A stretch of DNA of 64,000 bases, taken from assembly GCA_963774265.1 (NCBI GenBank), contig CAVZDU010000007.1, positions 128,001-192,000 on the forward strand, given 5' to 3'. The first letter of the stretch is position 1. Every line of letters starts with the position of its first letter. The DNA comes from an uncultured Chloroflexia bacterium (GTDB lineage: Bacteria > Chloroflexota > Anaerolineae > CG2-30-64-16). The translations under genes were made by a program, and so were the position numbers. Under the pieces are notes generated by a model. The model saw nothing but the letters and a program-made list of their open reading frames with translations, ran no database searches and was not told the origin of the DNA. Positions 41,528 through 50,655 of this stretch are shown here, in pieces.

Positions 41528-41781
41528 ATGCAGAACACGACCTGGCCGCATGATTTTGTCATTCGACCCCCTCGCCCCGACGAGGTTGAGTCAGTCACCG
41601 CGCTTATCTGTGCGTGTGATGTGGCCGATACCGGCGAGCCCGACTGGACTGTGGGCGAGACGCGCGCGGACTGGGCGTGGACGCGAACAACCCCTCGGCC
41701 ACGAAGCTCTACTGTGGCGTGGGGATGCGCTCGCTGCAGGAGTACGTGCAGTATCAGCGGCCGGCGGCGTCGACGGGTTGA
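41528..41781 (+). pseudogene. GNAT acetyltransferase remnant with a large internal deletion
   Basis: GNAT-like N-terminus joined out of frame to the C-terminal motif LGVDANNPSATKLY..GM. Confidence 0.65.
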
Positions 41782-43004
41782 TTTGGCTCCCTGGACTTCG
41801 CCGGCAGCCAACGCACCACCGGGACGGATAGGAGCGAAACAACGGCCGCCGCAGCAAAGGCGGTGCGCAGATCGAACAGGTCCCCTATCCGGCCCACAAT
41901 GATCACGATGATCGAGCGGATCAGGAAACTGAGCGCCATATAGAACCCGTTGGCCAAAGCCCGGTTGTGGGGGAAGTTCTCCTGGATGAGCGCCATGATC
42001 ACCGGCGTAACGGAGAGGGAGGTGAGTCCGAGCAAGATCAGCAGGGGGAAGCGGGCCCAACCGGACGCGGCCAGGAAGAGGAACATCAAAATCGCTGTGG
42101 GCAGGATCGATAGAAAGATCATCAGCCGGCGGCCGAGCCTGTCGCTGAGCGTGCCGCCGAAGAACGCGCCGGCCACCCCCGCTGCTTGCAGCACCGACAG
42201 CGAGACGCTGGCAAGCCAGAAACTCTCGCCCTCGTCGTGCAGAAGCACGGGCAAGTAGGTGACCAATGTGACGCTCTGGATGATCTGGACCACCAGGATC
42301 GCCAGCAGAGGCGCCAGGAGCCGGCCTTTTCCCTTCAGTTCTTGTCGCAGCGAGGTAGCTTTGTTCTGCAGACCGCGCACGCTCCGCCGGTCTGCGGGCA
42401 GTGCGAATAGCAAGAGAGCCGAGGTCACCAGGCCGCCGATCATCAACCAGGGCATACGTTGTTGGCCCATCAGTGGGATGAATGCGCCGATGACCAGGGG
42501 ACCGATGAACCGGCCGGCCTCGCCGCCGACCATCCAAATGCTCATGCCCAGCCCTAGTTTGCTGCCGGAGACGTTGCCGGTCATCACCGGCCCAACCGCA
42601 TGCATACACGCCGAGCTCAAGCCCGCGATTGTCAGCAGGATTGCCAAGGCAAGATAGCTCGGTGCGACCCCCAACAGGCTCATGGCAATGGCTGTGACCA
42701 TAGGCGCCAGGATGACGAAATAGCGCGCATTGAAGCGATCTGCCACCCCGCCAATCACGGGCTGCAGGAGAGAAGCCTCCTGCATGAAGACCGACAGCAG
42801 CCCGGCCTCTGTGTTCGAAAGGCCCAGGGTCTGTTTGAAGATGATCAGCATCGGCGCCAGGAAAGCCGTGTAGCTGTCGTGAACCCAGTGGCTGGCAGCA
42901 ATGGTGGCCACGCGGCCGCTTTCGAAACCGGTTCGCTCGGCGGCCATGTCAATCGGTACGGCGGATGTGATTGTGGTTTCTGTTTGATTGCCTGCAGTGG
43001 ACAC
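41754..43004 (-). CDS. MFS transporter (Fsr-like)
   Basis: HWVHD, QPVIGGVADR, GTLSDRLGRR; ~12 TM; start approximate. Confidence 0.88.
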   Translation of the reverse strand: MSTAGNQTETTITSAVPIDMAAERTGFESGRVATIAASHWVHDSYTAFLAPMLIIFKQTLGLSNTEAGLLSVFMQEASLLQPVIGGVADRFNARYFVILAPMVTAIAMSLLGVAPSYLALAILLTIAGLSSACMHAVGPVMTGNVSGSKLGLGMSIWMVGGEAGRFIGPLVIGAFIPLMGQQRMPWLMIGGLVTSALLLFALPADRRSVRGLQNKATSLRQELKGKGRLLAPLLAILVVQIIQSVTLVTYLPVLLHDEGESFWLASVSLSVLQAAGVAGAFFGGTLSDRLGRRLMIFLSILPTAILMFLFLAASGWARFPLLILLGLTSLSVTPVIMALIQENFPHNRALANGFYMALSFLIRSIIVIIVGRIGDLFDLRTAFAAAAVVSLLSVPVVRWLPAKSREPNQPVDAAGR

Positions 43005-43074
43005 TAGCTTCTCCTGGTGTGGGTTCGATGGGGTGTGGTAGGACCGGTCACAGATACGGGGCCCCGTGGATCCG

Positions 43075-43457
43075 TCAAGGTGCATTCCCTTCCTGGATTT
43101 CAATGTGCGTCATTCCAAAACTAACGCCGCTGCTGACCCGCAGTTGTTTGCTGCCACACGTGCAGCCTTGCGCGATTGCACGGGCCATGATGATGTGCGG
43201 ACGTTCCAGCTCCCATGCGCTCAGATCGGCTTGCTGGCCGCACACGGCGCACTTCATTTCCAGGGGCATCACTACGAAATGGAGCCGGGCCCCTTCCGCC
43301 ACGGTGCCACGGCTCAGATGATCGAAAAAAACCTCGACCGACGATGCCACGATCGCAGATATACGACCGACCTGCAGATAGATGTCCGTGACGCGGATCC
43401 GCCGGCATGCTCGAGAGCCATGTTGAGGATTGCCTGGGTCACGGGCATCTCATGCAT
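43075..43457 (-). CDS. hypA: HypA/HybF nickel metallochaperone, 1-nt frameshift near 43395
   Basis: MHEM N-terminus; CAVC..CTCGS; GTVAEGA. Confidence 0.8.
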
Positions 43458-44133
43458 GACGGTCACTTTGGATAGCGTACTTGTTCGCCCGCATCTGGCG
43501 TATCCAATCGAGCCAGGCATCCAGGCCTTGCCCGGTCAGGCCGGACACCTCGAAGACGACCAGGTCCGGATTGACCGAAAGGGCATTTTTGCGCAACTGC
43601 GCGGTGCTGGCCGGAATGTAGGGTTCCAGGTCGATTTTGTTGATCACCAGAGCCTGGGCCGCGAGGAATGACATCGGGTACTTCAAGGGCTTGTCGTCGC
43701 CCTCGGGCAGGCTGGCTACGATGACTTTGAAGTCCTCACCAAGATCCCAGCCCGTCGGACAAAGCAGGTTGCCGACATTCTCGATAATCACGACGTCTGA
43801 TTCGTCGATGTTGATCTCATTGAGAGCCGCCCGGATCATGTTCGCTTCAAGATGGCAGCCGCCCCCGGTGTTGATCTGCACCGCTGGCACGCCTGCGGCA
43901 GCAATTCGTTCGGCGTCGAGACTGGTTGTCGGATCGCCCTCAATGACGCAGATCCGCAATTCATTGCGTAGTTTCTCGATGGTGCGTTCGAGCAAGGTCG
44001 TCTTTCCGGCGCCGGGCGAGGCCACGACGTCGAGGACGAGCACGGCCTTGCGTTCGAACTCCGAGCGCAGACTGGCTGCCAGCACGCTGTTGACCTCGGT
44101 GATCTCCCTGAGAACCGGAATCACCTTAACCAT
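43450..44133 (-). CDS. hypB: HypB nickel-insertion GTPase
   Basis: SPGAGKTTLLE, GGGCHLEA, ENVGNLLCP, EGDDKPLKYP, NKID. Confidence 0.93.
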   Translation of the reverse strand: MVKVIPVLREITEVNSVLAASLRSEFERKAVLVLDVVASPGAGKTTLLERTIEKLRNELRICVIEGDPTTSLDAERIAAAGVPAVQINTGGGCHLEANMIRAALNEINIDESDVVIIENVGNLLCPTGWDLGEDFKVIVASLPEGDDKPLKYPMSFLAAQALVINKIDLEPYIPASTAQLRKNALSVNPDLVVFEVSGLTGQGLDAWLDWIRQMRANKYAIQSDRHA

Positions 44134-45283
44134 GGAAGTCACCCCCCAGGTTGACGCATGGCGGCGCGGAGGCCGGGCGCCGGTCCACCCCGTGGAAATC
44201 ATCCGGATGATCGCGCGCCGCACACGGATCCGCTGCCAGCATGACCCGCCCTGGCTCGCGGGTGCCCAACGGGCGCATGGTGATCGCGGTGTCGGGGCAC
44301 GTCATGGCGCACAAACCACACCCCCAACACTTTTCGGGGTCGAACAACACAGTCTTGCGGCGCTTGCCATTGACCTCGATCTTGGTGCCGTCATGGTGAA
44401 ACGCATCGAAATGGCAGCGCTTGACGCACAGGCCGCACTGTTCGCACTTGCTCATGTCGCGTTCCGCAACGTGGTGGGCGCGGGGCCACTGCCGGTGCAG
44501 GCCCAGCAATGCGCTGGCACGGAACGGGTAGCAGTCGCACCCACAGCAATTACAGAAGCCAAAGAGCCCCTCATGCTCGCGCCAATATCGGTCACCCGTG
44601 TGCATCAGACCGCTGCGATTGCTATTGATCACGATGTTTTTCATTTCTTCTTTCGTGACCTGGCGGCCATGCCCGCGTTCGAGCGTAGCGCGCGCGCCTT
44701 CGTCCAGCCGGATACAGGTTTCGGATGGGCGTTTACAGGCCATGACGACCGCGCGACAGTCACACGGCACGACAACATGCTCCGATGCAGCCTCAACCAT
44801 CTCCAACGCCTCATCCAACAGCAGCACATCTCGATTCGGTATGCGCACGTATTTGTCCGGGTCCTGGCGAATCTCGTCAACGATGGGCAGCCAGACGGCC
44901 ATAAACTCTTCCAGCTGCCACTTGATCACTGCATCGCGCGCATCCGCCGGAACGTCACCCCAGTTCTCGTACATCGAAAGTGGATCGAGGCGAAGATAGA
45001 ATGTGGCGGGCGTGTAGGTTGTCACATCATCGACGGTCTTTCGGTTGATCACGTGCCGCCTGAAAGAGGAGTCCAGTAACGCAGCTGTCTCATCAGGGGA
45101 AATGGCGAGACGCTCGGCAATTTGAGCCGCGGTCAGCGGGCCATCACCGAGAGCGACGACGAGCTCCATCTCTCTGCCCTGAACGACGAAATCAATATGC
45201 GGCGTCATGGCGGGCGGCAACTGGAATATGAGGGCGAACTCATCGAGGAGTGCCAATGCCAGGTCTCCCTTTTCGTATGTCAT
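44126..45283 (-). CDS. 4Fe-4S binding protein with an N-terminal HTH-like region
   Basis: CDCR, CNCCGCDC, CEQCGLCVKRC, CWGCGLCAMTCP. Confidence 0.85.
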   Translation of the reverse strand: MTYEKGDLALALLDEFALIFQLPPAMTPHIDFVVQGREMELVVALGDGPLTAAQIAERLAISPDETAALLDSSFRRHVINRKTVDDVTTYTPATFYLRLDPLSMYENWGDVPADARDAVIKWQLEEFMAVWLPIVDEIRQDPDKYVRIPNRDVLLLDEALEMVEAASEHVVVPCDCRAVVMACKRPSETCIRLDEGARATLERGHGRQVTKEEMKNIVINSNRSGLMHTGDRYWREHEGLFGFCNCCGCDCYPFRASALLGLHRQWPRAHHVAERDMSKCEQCGLCVKRCHFDAFHHDGTKIEVNGKRRKTVLFDPEKCWGCGLCAMTCPDTAITMRPLGTREPGRVMLAADPCAARDHPDDFHGVDRRPASAPPCVNLGGDFHG

Positions 45284-45294
45284 AGAAGGCGCGT

Positions 45295-46732
45295 CTACCT
45301 TGCGTCAGCGACGATCTTGTCAAGTGCCTGCTGTACATCCGGCGGCAGCGGCTCGGGCTTGTGCGTTGCCAGGATCTTCAACGCCTTCTCCTGTGCGCGC
45401 TGCCGCAGTGTCTTGCCGCCGGACCGGCTCCAGTCCTCGTATGGCTTGCGGTCAAACAGCTTCGGATACCAGTCCTTTCTGTAGTGTAAGCGCGTGTGGT
45501 CCGCGCCCATGAAGTCGCCGTGAGGGCCAATCTCGTCGATCAGGTCTCAGCGCGAGGGTCTCCTCGTTGATCTCTAGCCCCTTCATGAACTGCTTGGTGT
45601 ATGCAATCAGTTCATCGCAGATGACGATCTGCTCGATCGAATTGCACATGCCCCCTTCCAGGTAGCCAACGTCATGGACCATCTCTGCACCCGCAAGGGT
45701 TTCCAGGATGATGGAGAATGCGGCCTCAGCCGCGGCCTGTTCATCCGGTATCTTCGAGTCGCTGCAACCGGCCAACCCGAAAATGGGCAGCCCGTAGCGG
45801 TGCGCCAATTCAACCAGCATGACGCGGTTGTTGGGATCCGAGTACGCGTCGACCATCGTGCGCATATCGAGCATGTCATTGACGCCCCCGGTCAGGATGA
45901 CCGGTGCACCCTCGCGCTTGATCTGGCTGATGACAAGACCTGCCAGCTCGCCCGCGTTGGCCAGTGCGATCGCGCCGGCCGCGGTGACCGGTCCGCTGAC
46001 GCCGCGCAGGACGACCGGCGTGTAGGTGGTGGGTAGGCCCTTCTCCGCCATGAAGAGTAGTTTCTGCAACGCCTCGCCGTTGTGTCGCAGTGGATGGGTG
46101 ACGTTGATATAAAGCGCACAGATCGGGTTGCGCCGCAACGCCTCTTCTCCACCGGCCACTGCCTCAGCCATGCGGACCACGTCCACACAGCCAGGAAATT
46201 CGGTTGTGACGAAGAGGATGGGCTTCGTGCTGTTTATCAGCATCGCGCGCATCTGGTGACGATCGGACACCGCCTGATCCACGTCAGATGCGATGCAGAA
46301 GGACATGAGGAAGTCGATATTGGGTAATGCGTCGCATACCAGTGTTGCCTCCTCGATATCGTGCAGTGTCCCGACGCGGCGCTCGCCCGTTCGCACGTCA
46401 ATCACGTTCAGGCAGTCTGAGCCGGGACCATAGAAGACATTGTTGCGCTCCAGGGGCATCACGCGGCGACCATTGCGGTCGCAGATGACCGCACGCTTGG
46501 GCGCGATGCTCAAGGCCCACTCGACCAGGCCCGGGGGAATGCGCACGCGGTTGCCATTTTCGATCTTCAGCCCCTTGCGCCGGAGCAATTCAACCGCCTC
46601 TGGCTCGTAGAGGACAACGCCGGTGCGATCCAGGATTTCCAGGCTAGCATGGTGAAGCCGCTCGGTCTGGTCGTCCGAAACCTTGCGAAAGCGCGGCGTG
46701 TCGTAGGAGGTATAATTGCTTTGAACTGTCAC
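45295..46732 (-). CDS. Trimethylamine methyltransferase (MttB superfamily), non-pyrrolysine; 1-nt frameshift near 45548
   Basis: LHHASLEILDRTG, GPVTAAG, YGLPIFGLAGCSDSKIPDEQA, GYLEGG, EETLAL/DLIDEIGPHGDF. Confidence 0.88.
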
Positions 46733-46734
46733 GA

Positions 46735-47664
46735 TCAATGCTCCTTCGGTTTGGGATTGAAGGCTGTTGCGCGCCGTGCAGCTATGTCCAACGCTTCTTC
46801 GACCAGGACGGGCAGCACGGCCAGGCGGTATTCGCGCGACGCGCGCAGGACGTTGCTGCGTGGGTCCGCGTCGGACAGGGCGAGCTGTGCGGCCTCCGAG
46901 AACGTCTCTTGCGTGGGCCGGCGACCGACCAGAAACGCCTCCGCATCGGAAGCGCGGATTGGACACGGGCCAACCGGTCCCATGGCAATGGCGGCAGACT
47001 CGATCAGATCGCCATCGAGCACGATTCTGGTCGCGCAGCTGAGTGTTGGCAGCACCAGGGAGGGCCGCCTTCCCGCCCGCTGCCACCCCGTGCCCCAGGG
47101 ATGCCTCGGAATGGGGAAGCGGATGTGTGTCACGAGTTGCCGCGTGGAATCGATGCGTGAATGGCCCGGGCCGGCAAAAAGTGAGGCCACGGACCGCCAT
47201 TCCGAAGCGCCCCCGTGGGATTGGGAACGGTCCTGCAGGAACGTTGCGCCGCTCAGCGCTTTGACCTGAACTTCCGCATCGAGCGCGATGGCGATGATCG
47301 CACCATCGGCCGCGGGCATGGCCTGAACCAGGTTGCCCACCCATGTTGCCGCGGTTTGGATGGCTAACGCACCCACGGACCCAGCAGCGTCGGACAGCGC
47401 ATGGACGTGATTGGCGAGATACGGGTGCTCGCGCAGCGCGACAAATGGCACGGCCGCGCCCACGGTGATCCAATCCTCGCCCACGTCGATTCGCCCCAAA
47501 TCCGGAATGCGCGTGATATCGACGAGGCACGCAACGTGGAGCTTGCCCTTTTCGATGTCAGGAAGGACATCGGTGCCGCCCGCGATGATGCGCGCCTGCC
47601 CATCGTAGGCCGCCAGCAGTCCGAGCGCCTCCTCGTCCGTCGAGGGGAACAAATACTCGGTCAT
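46735..47664 (-). CDS. Molybdenum hydroxylase FAD-binding subunit (CoxM/XdhB-like)
   Basis: IAGGTD, ITVGAA, AATWVGNL, PAAD, ASREYR. Confidence 0.9.
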   Translation of the reverse strand: MTEYLFPSTDEEALGLLAAYDGQARIIAGGTDVLPDIEKGKLHVACLVDITRIPDLGRIDVGEDWITVGAAVPFVALREHPYLANHVHALSDAAGSVGALAIQTAATWVGNLVQAMPAADGAIIAIALDAEVQVKALSGATFLQDRSQSHGGASEWRSVASLFAGPGHSRIDSTRQLVTHIRFPIPRHPWGTGWQRAGRRPSLVLPTLSCATRIVLDGDLIESAAIAMGPVGPCPIRASDAEAFLVGRRPTQETFSEAAQLALSDADPRSNVLRASREYRLAVLPVLVEEALDIAARRATAFNPKPKEH

Positions 47665-50600
47665 GGCGCAACATCTCGGTGGGATCCACGGTGACGCGCT
47701 TCTGATTCTGGGTGTTCGGGGTCCTCCGCGGCAGAGTCGATCTCCATCTCTCCACGTATCGCGGCCAGGACGCGCTCAGGTGTGGCCGGGATCGTGCGCA
47801 GCCGATGGCCGATGGCGCGGGATACGGCGTTGATGATCGCAGGCGTCGCGGGCAGCATAGCCGCTTCGCCCAAACCCTTTACGCCGAACGGACCGAACAG
47901 GCTCGGCGCCTCGACAAGGATGACTTCGATCTGGGGCATGGACTTGATCGTCGGCATATAGTAGTCTGCAAAGCCGCGCGTATGGCCGGGAAGGACCTCC
48001 TCCATCAGAGCCGCGCCCAGACCCATGATAAGCGCACCCTCAATCTGCCCCTCGGCATCCACGCGATTCACTGCGCGGCCCACGTCGTGACAGGCGACCA
48101 TCTTGAGGACCTGCACCTGCCCTGTGCGCGGGTCAACCTCGACTTCCGCCAGGTGCGCGCCGGTGACAAACAGCGGAGCGTACTCCGGCCTGGATTCTGC
48201 AGGGAAGTGAGCGTTCAGGTCAAACACGCCCCTGATCCGCCGTCCCTTCCCGAGCCTGTCGAACTCGGCAGCCGCTTCTGCCAGTGACACCCAGGAGCCG
48301 TCCCTGGCGCAGACGCGATCCCGATCGATGGCGAGCTCATCCGGCGAGCGGTCAAACAACTCGGCGGCAACCCCGAGCACTTCGTCGCGCAGGTTGGACG
48401 CGGCGGCCACGACTGCGCCGCCGACGAAATAGGTAGCGCGCGACGCGCCCTGGATACCGCTGTCCGGCGTGCGTCCGGTGTCTGAGTTGACCACGGTGAT
48501 CTGATCCCGAGAGACGCCGAGCGCCTCGGCCGCCATCTGAGACATCGTCGTGTTTGTGCCCTGACCGTAATCCGCGGCAGTGCAGTAGATGATGAAGCGG
48601 CCGCGCCCGTCCGGGGCGGTCGCCAATTCCGCGTGCGCTTCGACCCGCAGCGAGCCGGATTTGCCGAAACGATACCACATGCCTGCGAGCCCGACGCCGC
48701 GACGGGTTGCAGAGTGAGAATTGGAGGTTGAAGATTGGCGGGCGCCCGAGTTCCAGGCTTCGGCATCGGTCAGAAATGCTTCGTAGTGCGGTCGCAGGGC
48801 GTTCAACACCTCTTTGAAGCCCAATGACTCGGCCACCGGGTAGCCCAGGAACGATGGCTCCCCGGTGCGCAGCCGATTCTGCATTCTGAATTCAAGCGGG
48901 TCGACCCCAAGCACCTGCGCGAGTTCGTCGAGCGCACACTCGGTGGCAAAGCAGGACTGTGCGGTGCCGAAACCCCGATACTGCCCCGCCTTGGGTCCGT
49001 TGGTGTAAACCGTCTGTGCCTGGGCGTCCACCGCCTGCCACCGGTAGGGTCCGCCACTCGCCGTTACGGCATAATTGGGGACATACTGCCCATGTGCATC
49101 GTAGGCTCCCGTGTTGGCGTCGATACGCAGGCGGATTCCGGTCAACCGGCCGTCACGCGTTGCACCGATTTTGTTGCGCACGGTGTAAGGGTGTCGCTTG
49201 GGGCTGGCAGCGAACGACTCTTGCCGGGAGTAGACCAGCATGACCGGCCGCCGCGCGTGGTAGGTCATCAGGGCCGTGGCCACGAACGGCCAGGGATCCT
49301 GTTTCCCGCCAAACGAACCGCCGGTCGGAGGCAGGATGACGCGCACTCGTTCTCGTGGGACTGCCAGCGAGGACGAGATGTATCCTTGCTGGTAGAAAGG
49401 TTCGTGTGTGCCCCCGGTGACTGTCAGACGTCCTTCATCATCGAAGTACCCGAGCAGCGCCTCACGCTCCAGAGCGCCGTGCTCCAGGAAGGCCATACGG
49501 TATTCGCTCTCGAGAACGATGTCGGCTTCGGCAAAGGCCGCTTCCAGGTCTCCGTGGCGCACCTCGAACCGAGTGAGGATGTTGTCTTTGCCCGCGATCG
49601 GCGCCGCACCGGGTGCAAGCGAGTCCTCAACCGCGAAGGTGTGTGGCAGAACCTCGAACTGCACATCGATTGCAGCTAACCCGGCTTGGGCAGCTTCTGT
49701 TGACTCGGCCACAAGGAGCGCCACGGGCGCACCCACCATTCGCACGGTCGAGCCAATCGGAGGCAGCAAAGGCTCTTCCTGGCTGTAATCGCCCAGGCCA
49801 TTCTCGCCGGGGATGTCTGCAGCGGTGAGCACGCACACGACTCCTGGCATTTGCAGCGCGCGATTCGTATCGATGGACAGTAACCGGGCGTGATGATGAG
49901 GCGAGCGCAGAACGCGGCCTTGTGCGGTCTTCAGGCCAGTACCGGGCAGGCTCATGTCCTCGACATAACGCGCCAAGCCGGTCACCTTTCCCACCGAATC
50001 CGCGCGCAACATGCTCCCGCCAATGACGCCCGCCTGGCCTCTGCGTCCTTTCTGGGCCGTCCCTCCAATCACCCACTCCTTCGTGATCTTCGTCCCCTTT
50101 GTGTTCTTTGTGGTTGAGTGATCCTCGGCCGCAGCGCGCATTCGCTCCGCTGCCACTTCGACCGCGGCCACGATCTTCGCGTATCCGGTGCACCGGCAAA
50201 GGTTGCCTTCCAAGGCATCTACGATCTGCTCGCGTGTCGGCTGCGCAGTGCGATCGAGCAGGGCCTTGCCTGCCATCAGCATTCCGGGTGTGCAGTAGCC
50301 GCATTGCACTGCGCCGGCCTCAATGAAGGCTATCTGGAGCGGGTGCAGCCCCTCCGGCCGGCTGAGCCCCTCGACGGTGTCCACACGCCGGCCCGCGGCC
50401 TTTCCGATGGGCGTCAGGCAGGAGCGCACGGGTTGCCCGTCGAGGAGCACCGTGCATGCTCCGCACTCGCCCTCGTGATCGCAGCCTTGTTTCGTGCCGG
50501 TAAGTCCCAATTCCCCGCGCAGGACATCGAGCAGGGGGCGCGCAGGATCGACCTCGATGGTGACCTGGCTTCGATTAATCGTGAAAGAAATCTGTGTCAT
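47661..50600 (-). CDS. Xanthine dehydrogenase/aldehyde oxidoreductase family, fused 2x[2Fe-2S] + molybdopterin subunit
   Basis: GCDHEGECGACTV, QCGYCTPG, NLCRCTGY, GGSFGGK, YRGFG, KGLGE. Confidence 0.92.
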   Translation of the reverse strand: MTQISFTINRSQVTIEVDPARPLLDVLRGELGLTGTKQGCDHEGECGACTVLLDGQPVRSCLTPIGKAAGRRVDTVEGLSRPEGLHPLQIAFIEAGAVQCGYCTPGMLMAGKALLDRTAQPTREQIVDALEGNLCRCTGYAKIVAAVEVAAERMRAAAEDHSTTKNTKGTKITKEWVIGGTAQKGRRGQAGVIGGSMLRADSVGKVTGLARYVEDMSLPGTGLKTAQGRVLRSPHHHARLLSIDTNRALQMPGVVCVLTAADIPGENGLGDYSQEEPLLPPIGSTVRMVGAPVALLVAESTEAAQAGLAAIDVQFEVLPHTFAVEDSLAPGAAPIAGKDNILTRFEVRHGDLEAAFAEADIVLESEYRMAFLEHGALEREALLGYFDDEGRLTVTGGTHEPFYQQGYISSSLAVPRERVRVILPPTGGSFGGKQDPWPFVATALMTYHARRPVMLVYSRQESFAASPKRHPYTVRNKIGATRDGRLTGIRLRIDANTGAYDAHGQYVPNYAVTASGGPYRWQAVDAQAQTVYTNGPKAGQYRGFGTAQSCFATECALDELAQVLGVDPLEFRMQNRLRTGEPSFLGYPVAESLGFKEVLNALRPHYEAFLTDAEAWNSGARQSSTSNSHSATRRGVGLAGMWYRFGKSGSLRVEAHAELATAPDGRGRFIIYCTAADYGQGTNTTMSQMAAEALGVSRDQITVVNSDTGRTPDSGIQGASRATYFVGGAVVAAASNLRDEVLGVAAELFDRSPDELAIDRDRVCARDGSWVSLAEAAAEFDRLGKGRRIRGVFDLNAHFPAESRPEYAPLFVTGAHLAEVEVDPRTGQVQVLKMVACHDVGRAVNRVDAEGQIEGALIMGLGAALMEEVLPGHTRGFADYYMPTIKSMPQIEVILVEAPSLFGPFGVKGLGEAAMLPATPAIINAVSRAIGHRLRTIPATPERVLAAIRGEMEIDSAAEDPEHPESEARHRGSHRDVAP

Positions 50601-50655
50601 CTTCCAGGGTCTTTAGCTCAACGAGACAATATTCTAGCACGAGACCACGCGACTG

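Noticed and set aside
45452-45800. Pyrrolysine readthrough or programmed frameshift in the MttB gene
   Set aside because: The Pyl-equivalent position (GLAG-C-SDSK) is Cys with no in-frame TAG; the break near 45548 is a single extra base like other indels
47661-50600. Aerobic CO dehydrogenase or a selenocysteine-containing enzyme
   Set aside because: Active-site loop is QYRGFG rather than AYxCSFR, and no in-frame TGA is present
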